Part shown: positions 56,101-64,000 of the stretch, one piece after another
Position numbering within the stretch: position 1 is the stretch's first letter
How the letters are laid out: the number at the start of each line of letters is the position of its first letter
Origin: Azolla caroliniana
Lineage: Eukaryota; Plantae; Polypodiophyta
DNA: 64,000 nt
Direction: 5' to 3'
NCBI GenBank assembly: GCA_043228905.1
Contig: JBHGNT010000018.1
Coordinates: 62,001-126,000 of the forward strand
Position numbers and translations under genes: made by a program
Notes under the pieces: generated by a model
Database searches by the model: none
Told to the model about the DNA's origin: nothing
The model's input: only the letters and a program-made list of their open reading frames with translations

Positions 56101-59091
56101 TAAAACTGACTGGCTATAAAAGCAATTATTGGAAGAGACCATGCATTTCTTCCTGGAGTGTAAACTGGTATATGGCTGGACCAAAACAAAGCCATTGGAC
56201 GGTGGTGTTGCAAGGTTGAGGCCTCTGAACAACACGTAGTAAAGTTCAAAACACCAATGTCTCAACAATGACACAGGAAATATCTCAAACTCTAAACGAA
56301 GTAAAAGATTTTGCAGCCATATTAATATGTGCATATATGACCTATTTTCCGAATCTCCATGGCTTTGGATCCGATTCAATACCTCCTCTGATAATTCCTC
56401 TATCTATATAGAGCTATGACTATAAAATTTGACCAAACACTCCAAGAAATTTTGTATTGTTGTAGGATTGCATTTATAGTTCTAATAAAAGGTTTCACAA
56501 TGTCATGAGAAAAACTCACAAAAAGAAGCATAAGAAGAAAAATAGTATGCCTGCATACGGGAAAATGTGGAATGTCGTTGTTGAGAATAAATACCTCAAT
56601 AATAATCAAAACTCAAAACTCCGAGCAAACAGAAAAATGCCTTGGGAGAGTGAGGCATATCTTTTGTAAAATTATATGTTCATAATAAATCATATGGCAT
56701 CAAAGAAGAACGTTCAATGTACTTCCCACTTGACAACTTACTCTCGTATAACAGGCAGAACGTTGTCAATGAACCAATTGGGTGGTGCTCGCGCAGGTGT
56801 GTTTTTCACTCTAGTTGCCCGAACACCTGTAGCATAGTACTCTCGTGAACTCCATGAATATTCACTCGGAAGTTCCTTGACTATAGGCACATCGTGCTCT
56901 AAAGTCTTGATAAAATGATCCACATCAAAAATATCAGCAAATGAGCTGTTACAAAATTGCTACAGATTAAGACGTGTCTAATAAATGCAAACCAAGTTTC
57001 CGCAATGAGAATCTTCTGTGCATATGTACAAACTTTAGCATTAAGAATAATTACCTAGAATCTTGCCAAAATGGATTCACATCGAACTGTGGCAGAACAA
57101 AGGTCACACCCAAGAGTTTGGCAACGGCAACTGCATCACATATCTGCAGCCATTACCACTGGACGCAAATAAAAAATGAAGATGATAAATCAAAAAGGCT
57201 CCAGCTACACATATGTTATACAACTTACAGCTATGCGTTGTTGATTTAGACCACCCTCCAAGAAAACTTGTAGAAAACCAGACCTATTTTCTGCAGGGAC
57301 TATATATAATCCATAGAAAGAGGAATTTGATTTACAATTAATTTTTCAAAAAGTTGGCAAAAGATAAGATTCAAACCAAACAATTTTACCTGAATATCAA
57401 CATAAAAATTAGACAATATGCACATTACAACAAAGATCTTATGCTGATGCTTTCTCAAAAAAGCTTACATTACATTTCGGGGTTGGAATTATGATATATA
57501 AGCACTAATTGAATAGTTTACTGGTATATAAGGTCTAAATTGAATGAATAAAGTACTGGGTAAAGAAAAATCCTATTTCCTATGTTAGAAGCCTCTCTTA
57601 CATAGCTATTTAGAAGGAGATAATAATCTCTGCATTTGGCAAAAGATGTTGGACAAACAGATACCTTTTTTTATGACTATCCTGCAAATTTGCTGTAAAC
57701 TTTGGACTATATAATTCATGGGTTACAGGTTAATGAACAACTACAATGGATAATAAGTAGGAACATCCATGCCTGAAACTGGAAAGCTGTAAGGGTTTAG
57801 GGTTTAGGGTTTACATTCATGGTTTATAGCATATATGCTGAAACTGGAAAGCTGTAAGCCAACGACGTAAGCCATGTCTATTCATGCTATTCATGTATAT
57901 ATATCCTAGATAACAAGACCCATGTTCGCCATCATCAGTGCTTATTGCATTCTAAAATTTCCCGCACAAGCAACTCCATCCCGCACACAAAATGTCAACA
58001 ACATATATTGATCAACATGGAAACTGTACGGTAAAATGGTAAGAAAAGACTATATATATTCTCCTTCCACCTAAAGGACTTCATAAGAAAAATAAATTTG
58101 ACACAAAGAAAAGCATGCTCTATTTACTCTCTATTGCCTACAGTTATCTTCATCATGAGTGAGAGAAACTCACTTAGCAAGCTGGTTACTGGTATTACAC
58201 TCCACCCACAATTTAAAAGTACAATGAAGTCTATTACATGCTATTTCTAGAATGTAAAAGGTCTTCATCATGAGTGAGAGAAACTCACTTAGCAAGCTGG
58301 CTACTGGTATTACACTCCACCCACAATTTAAAAGTACAATGAAGTCTATTACATGCTATTTCTAGAATGTAAAAGGTCATTTCCTGCAATAAGTAATGGC
58401 TTTCCAATGAAAAGAATGAAATGGTATGTGTGTGTTCAGAAGACATACAAGGGATAGTGGGTTCATTATCTACGCAAGGGAACCAGATTTTGCTATCTTG
58501 TAGTGGTGACCAAAGATCTACAGGTTCTCCGTCTTGCTGTATTAATTAAACAAGAGAACGTCAAACAATCAAATTTCACAACCAAAACCCACATAGTCGC
58601 ATAGAGTATATTAAAGATGTTGAGACACGAAAGAAATAACTTACACTGCGTGCATCAGCTGCACCCCTCATCAGAGACTCGTACATTACTTTAGGAGGTT
58701 TCCATTCCTAGAGAATAATTATGAGTAAAACAAGAGGGTATTATAAATTTAGTGATCCTGTCATAATCAATCACCGACATCATGTATTTATCTACTTATA
58801 CTTTTTATGCATTATTTATGATGATGTGAAGAATCGAAACTACAATAACCCTGCTATGATTAGATCGCTGGAGCTAAAAGGGAACATATTATCAACATTG
58901 TCGATGAAGGTGATTTGCCACTGCGTCTGTGGGAAAATATGCAGAGTAAAAAAAAGTGCATGGAAGCAAAGACGAGAAATGGCAGATGTAAAACTACATG
59001 TCAAATTTCAAATGCAAGTAAAAATGGAAAATGGCAAAACGAGCGGCAGCTCGTTCCAAACCTAAACCCTAAGAAATTGGAGGAGAAGACG

Positions 59092-59134
<43 letters not shown>

Positions 59135-59314
59135 GTATCGAGAGAGAGAGATGCTTACAGAGAACAGAGACGGCATGTGGCGTCCAAGAGGCTGGACGAG
59201 TAGATCCGGCCAGAGAGAGGAAGGGGTGAGGAGGAGCAAGGCGAGAGAGAGGGAGAGGATGGAGGAGAGGCCACGATCCCCACGTGCAATCTTCCGCGAT
59301 GTGGATGTCTTCAT
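53184..59314 (-). CDS. O-fucosyltransferase family / GT106 (DUF246) Golgi glycosyltransferase, OFUT31/39-like, 10 exons
   Basis: Exon 1 ~59159-59314 (TM anchor, MPSLFS), ~58644-58707 (EWKPPK), ~58480-58537, ~57234-57300 (VFLEGGLNQQR), ~57055-57143 (ICDAVAVAK), ~56741-56945 (FADIFDVDHF, REYYATGVRATR), ~55308-55580 (PFSHRL, LRCKVNFHAL, LHLRFDK), ~53794-54022 (DMVAHSACDFGGG, GKCPLTPEE), ~53509-53707 (LAALDY), 53184-53411 (YTYPAPDCVC...TAA). Confidence 0.93.
58148..58377. repeat. Near-perfect ~115-bp tandem duplication in an O-FucT intron
   Basis: TCTTCATCATGAGTGAGAGAAACTCAC...TTTCTAGAATGTAAAAGG repeated head-to-tail with one visible mismatch. Confidence 0.95.
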
Positions 59315-62300
59315 TTCTTCTCTCTGGAGGAAAACAAACTAAACTAATGCGAAGATCTTCGCGGACCAGAGCAGAGCAGAGCAGAGCAGAGCAGGGAGGA
59401 CTGAAGAAAAGAAGAGAAAAGCCTGGAGTGGAGTTTGGGGGGGTAAACGTCATATCTATTATCAATCATTTATGTATTAATTACTTGCTCTTCAATTGTG
59501 TAATCTGTCTCCTCCTCTCCCCGTCTTCATTTTTCTCCTCCGTCTCTATACATTGTACATATATCAATACATATATGCTTATATAACATGCATACTCTCT
59601 CGATCGATCGACCTCTTTATTGTCCGCAACATTTCCATGAAATTTGTGGTCAAATGAGTGGTCTTCCGTGGGATGATTGCATCTAACACACATACATGCA
59701 ATAATGCAAGAAGGAAACAATAACTCCGAAAAAAACTAGGAAACGAACATTCACGTATCACTAACTACCAACAAACACGTGTAGCAACTCTTCAACAGAG
59801 TCACACAATATCCCATCCTCCATTGTCTATGATTTGCAACTATTTGGTGTCCTCTCTTTTGTTCTCTTCCACCAAGCTCATCGTTGATGTTATAGTGAGA
59901 AACACATGGATGTTAATGTTCGTGTCGTGTGAGAACCATAAATGTTAACACCTATTAAATTGCATGGAACTAGTGCACAATTGGCAATGTTGCATAAAAA
60001 AACATGTACACATGTGGTGTGTCCCCGTTGATCATGAGTTATCGGCCTTAATAACGCATCATATGAATGTCATTGTATTATATCCCTAAAAGGGTTGAAC
60101 TTGCAATAGCGTGTGTTATGAGATGGCCTTCAACACCTATGGGTTGCCGGATTCATTTTTGCAAATAAATTCCAATTGGAAGCATCACAAAGTATGGGAC
60201 TCGTTGATCAACGCATGTATTATGCACTCATAATGTAGGTGAGGATAGTGCACTAATATTTACAAACATAAGGGTATGTTCACTAATGTTAGATAGGGAC
60301 TAATGTGATTGGATAGAAGGAATGATAGGTGCATGCACTATCACGGTCCTCGCAACCAATGAATGGAGAGTATTTTAGAAAAACACATCTATTCAAAGGG
60401 GCCTAGGAAGAAGTACAAATGAGAGGCCTAACTACCCTCGTAAATCATGTTACATTGGATGGCTCAAGTCTCGAGACACCAGTGGTGCGTGTTTAGCCTT
60501 TGGTTGCGAGTCAGAGTCACATTTGCGACTATTGTATTACCTATTATAAAGTACTGGTCATCCTAATATACATTGGTATGGGACATTGGTGGTAGGTTGA
60601 CTATGTCCTCATCATAGGTCAGGGGTGGTTGGGAGAACATATTTTTCTATCCAATTTATTTCTCCTTTATTTAACTTTAAATTAAACTAGTAATAAACTC
60701 TTAACAACATGAACAAATGCAAGAGTTTAGACCAAAGAAATAAAAGTTGTGCACCATGATACACATAACTCGTACCGAAGAAAGCAAATTAGGGCTATGT
60801 GATTGACTTTTCCCGTTGATGTTTGTGAATCATTAAATCTCTGATTTTTTATTGGATTGTGATTCAAATCACCAATCGCGTGTTTGGATGGCTTACGACC
60901 TTATGTCTATGGTTCGGAAATGGTTATCTATGTTAGGAACAATCCCATCGAAAACCAAGCTCCCTCATCGCATGATCACTTAAAATAGAGGCAAACACCA
61001 CAAAATTAGAAGTGGTCAACAATTGTTTAGTACACATTCTATTGTGGACTCATTGAAGCTAGATTTCGTCAAGCCATTGTCGAGGAAGGATGATCTTTAG
61101 GCTTTTAACAACCATGCATGCCAAGAATGCTTGTGTACCATTTTGTCTACATGTGTGTAATTGTTTGAACTTTGGATGTAGATCAAAATTGAACTTTTCT
61201 TATAGTAACTATAGCCCATGAATTTTTCGATCACATATGATCTTACTATTAGGATTCATAACAATATTAGAAACTAGACCATTAAGATCACGTTTAGGAT
61301 GCATTTTCTTGGCATCCTCAAGATAAAGGCAACATGCAATGCAATGCTAGCAAATAGACGAGCATATGGCAATTTACTTTAGCATTTACTTGATGTTGTG
61401 TTTAGGGAAGTGCATAATGGAATTTACTTTAGCATTTACTTGATGTTTTGATATACATATATATATATGTGTATCAAATTCTGGGTCATTGTTAAATAAA
61501 CAAACTTGAATGATCAGCTTGTTATGAGACATGTACTTATATTTTACAATGGGAGCATGTTGCTCTTTTCCATATATTGAAAATGACACAATGTCTTTAA
61601 ATATGTACCTAGTTAATGGCTAGGATCACAAATGATGCATTCTCAAATAGTTGATATGGACATGATAAATGAATATCGACATCGTCAACAATTCTACTAA
61701 TATATGTCCACAAATTGGCCTACAATGTAATGGTACTAGTTATGTATCTCAACCACAATACCATATAGAAAGCAGAGTCAAGAGTCATTGCACCAACCGT
61801 ATGAGTACATTGATAACATTAAGAACGTATGCATGATTTAACATCTCCATTGAATCGTATGAAAGTCTCGTGAGTAATGATCTTATTGGTCTTTCGATCA
61901 CATGAGCTTTGAATCCAAGTATTTAATGTTATGCTACCTTTTAATGTTAGGTCCTCATTGGAAAATTTTAGACATTGGAGTGAAAAAGATTTATTATGTA
62001 TTCATGTAGTAAGATACAAGCTAAACTAGTGGCCATTTCTACAGGTACTAAAGCAACACAATTGTCAACCACCATGGTGCTAAAACAACAAAATACTCCT
62101 TCGACATTGTATCTATTATTTTGGTCTTTCTTCAAAAAGCATTAGCACACAACCCCACATGGTTATGTGTTGCCTTCTAAGTACCTTACCCTTGTAGTAT
62201 GTACGTTATTAGAGCGCCAACTCTAAGCCCTTTGGTTCAAGGTTCAACTGTCACGCTTCCTTTTTCCCTTAATTTACTAGATGCCATTGTGGAATATTGG

Positions 62301-62690
62301 GGTTGAACGCTTGACTTTCTAGTCTCTACGGACAACCTTGGCAATTGAGCTACAACCATATGCGTGGCACACGCCACACGCGTGTCTCCAAGCTCAAAGG
62401 GAATGAGAAGGAATGCTTCCTCTTCTACATACATATATGATATTCTCATCTCATGTACATGTAAAAATCAATCGTTTTGAATCTTTTGATTTGGATACAT
62501 ACATACTTCCTTTTTATTAACCTTTTATTTACATACATACATATGTATCCTTCATTAAAACTAGAGGGCGAGAGGAGAGAAAGGTAAGAAAGACAGACAG
62601 AGAAAGAGAGCGTTTTAGGGTTCCCTTCGTCCAACGAACGACCTTCATCGTGTTACCTCGTCTTTTAGCAGTAGCCATAGTCTCACAGCC

Positions 62691-62793
62691 ATGACGTTGG
62701 TACCTGCGAAGATCGTACTGTCATACATTGGAGGGTCTATGATTATCTCATACGCCGTCTGGGACCTCACCCGCCAGAGGAAGATATTTGGAG
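62691..62793 (+). CDS. Exon 1 of an OZI1/DUF1138 family small membrane protein (plant cytochrome c oxidase COX4-like); the rest is probably beyond the window
   Basis: MTLVPAKIVLSYIGGSMIISYAVWDLTRQRKIFG|GTATGT resembles AtOZI1 AKYIIGALIGSFGISYIFDKVISDNKIFGG. There is a consensus donor after KIFG. I did not find exon 2 (TTP...WW) before 64000. Confidence 0.7.
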
Positions 62794-63737
62794 GTATGTC
62801 TCTGTCTCTGTATCTAAACAACTCTAATCTTCTCTTAGATACTGCGTGCGTGCGTCTTTGCATGGATCGTCGATTTCGGGCTTTATGAATGTCTCTTTCA
62901 TAAATTACTGGTATGCTAGATCTCTTTAAGACGAACTACAGGATATTCACTTCTATCCAGAGTGGGCTTGCAGTATCGCTACGATGAAGTTCTTTATGTG
63001 CAATATGTATAATACCGGGAATTGGGAAGTTAGAGGTCGAAGAAGGTTAAGAGTAGGTCCATTAGTCTCGGTTGAACCAGATGGAAAATCCATGCTGATA
63101 TGGTAAAGAATCATTTCGCATGCCGAAAGCTGCATGTTGATTTGGCACACTGTCATTAAACCCATGGGAATTGTTGAGACGAGATAGATTTAACATAAGA
63201 AGTGAACCATGTTGCTGGTAAGGCTCAAAGGAGAGAAATCAATGTAAATGCCATTTCATTTAGCTGCCACATGAGTGGTTAAATCCCCAACCTTCTAGTT
63301 GCGTGGGAGTTTGAATCACCTTTAACTAGTGTTCAGCCTTAGGAAAATCATAGTTTGGATATGGGTGGCTTTAACTTTATCTATATAGCTATATAAATGG
63401 CTAGCCACTATGGTGATGAGCCATTTAGCACCCATAACTAGAATTTAGCTAGTGAGCAGTTTTAAGCAGGATCAAGGCTAGAATGCTGATATCTAACTTA
63501 GGTATATTTAGGTGTGTAAAGAGCTTGCTGCCCTTCCGCATGTTTTCTTTTAAAGAAAGGAAACCATCATAGTTTATAAGAAAGCACAAGCCCTTTGGAA
63601 ATTAAATTATGAGGGGTGAATTAAGATTAGGGTGGATACTGTATGGCTGTGAACCTACACCTAATATGGTATATATATAGGGCTAGTTATTTTTATACAC
63701 AACACCTTATGGGAATGATTCAACACTCCTACACTAT

Positions 63738-64000
63738 AAACTCTATCTAATTGGGGATCATTCATCACTCTTTAATGATGAATCTCCTCCATGATAAACT
63801 CTTAACCATAAGGTTTGAAATTGTGCTAACTATTTGTGTTCATCATTAAAGTGAATTCATTAGGATAGTGCAGTCCTAACTAGTAGTCCCACGTGGCATT
63901 CGATGAATGATTCATCACTCTTTAATCATCTATCTTCTCCACGATAAACTCTATCTATTAGGTGGATCATTCATCATTCTTTAATAATGGATCTCCTCCT
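63738..64000. repeat. Degenerate short direct repeats running off the window end
   Basis: ATTCATCACTCTTTAAT...ATCT(C/T)CTCC...ATAAACTCT recurs at ~63760, ~63910 and ~63969. Confidence 0.75.

Noticed and set aside
59001-59586. Overlapping ORFs with IYIYIY and AEQSR repeats
   Set aside because: Artefacts of (AT)n and (GCAGA)n microsatellites around O-FucT exon 1.
59800-62450. Intergenic region possibly holding transposon relics; ORF 62237-62449
   Set aside because: No terminal repeats, TSD or recognisable domain could be read.
63738-64000. Spaced repeats as a CRISPR-like array
   Set aside because: Only three degenerate units with irregular spacing, in a eukaryotic context with no cas genes.

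Overview
Eukaryotic land-plant nuclear DNA, not prokaryotic. It is AT-rich with GT-AG introns, (CT)n microsatellites and PLS-type PPR remnants; a fern is my guess from style and is not proven. Seven host genes can be assembled by hand: TFIIH p34/TFB4 (-), a 9-exon hexokinase with a transit-peptide-like N-terminus (+), golgin candidate 6/p115-USO1 (-), intronless PNGase A (-), DPM2 (+), an O-fucosyltransferase/GT106 (-), and exon 1 of an OZI1/DUF1138 (plant COX4-like) gene (+). Between them are a TRIM-like LTR pair, a LINE fragment, an internally deleted Copia element with an intact TSD, and degraded Gypsy remnants. The most unusual structure is at 34.0-43.9 kb. A CML17/18-like EF-hand pseudogene is split by a Copia element. 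That element carries a LINE-like piece, a second near-full-length Copia, and a chimeric host-gene insert (an intron-free Rav1/DMXL fragment fused to a PLS-PPR fragment). The whole nest probably lies antisense inside the 5' UTR intron of GC6. I see no evidence of a new enzymatic or defence system. All protein identities come from motif recognition, not database searches, and exon coordinates are hand-read.
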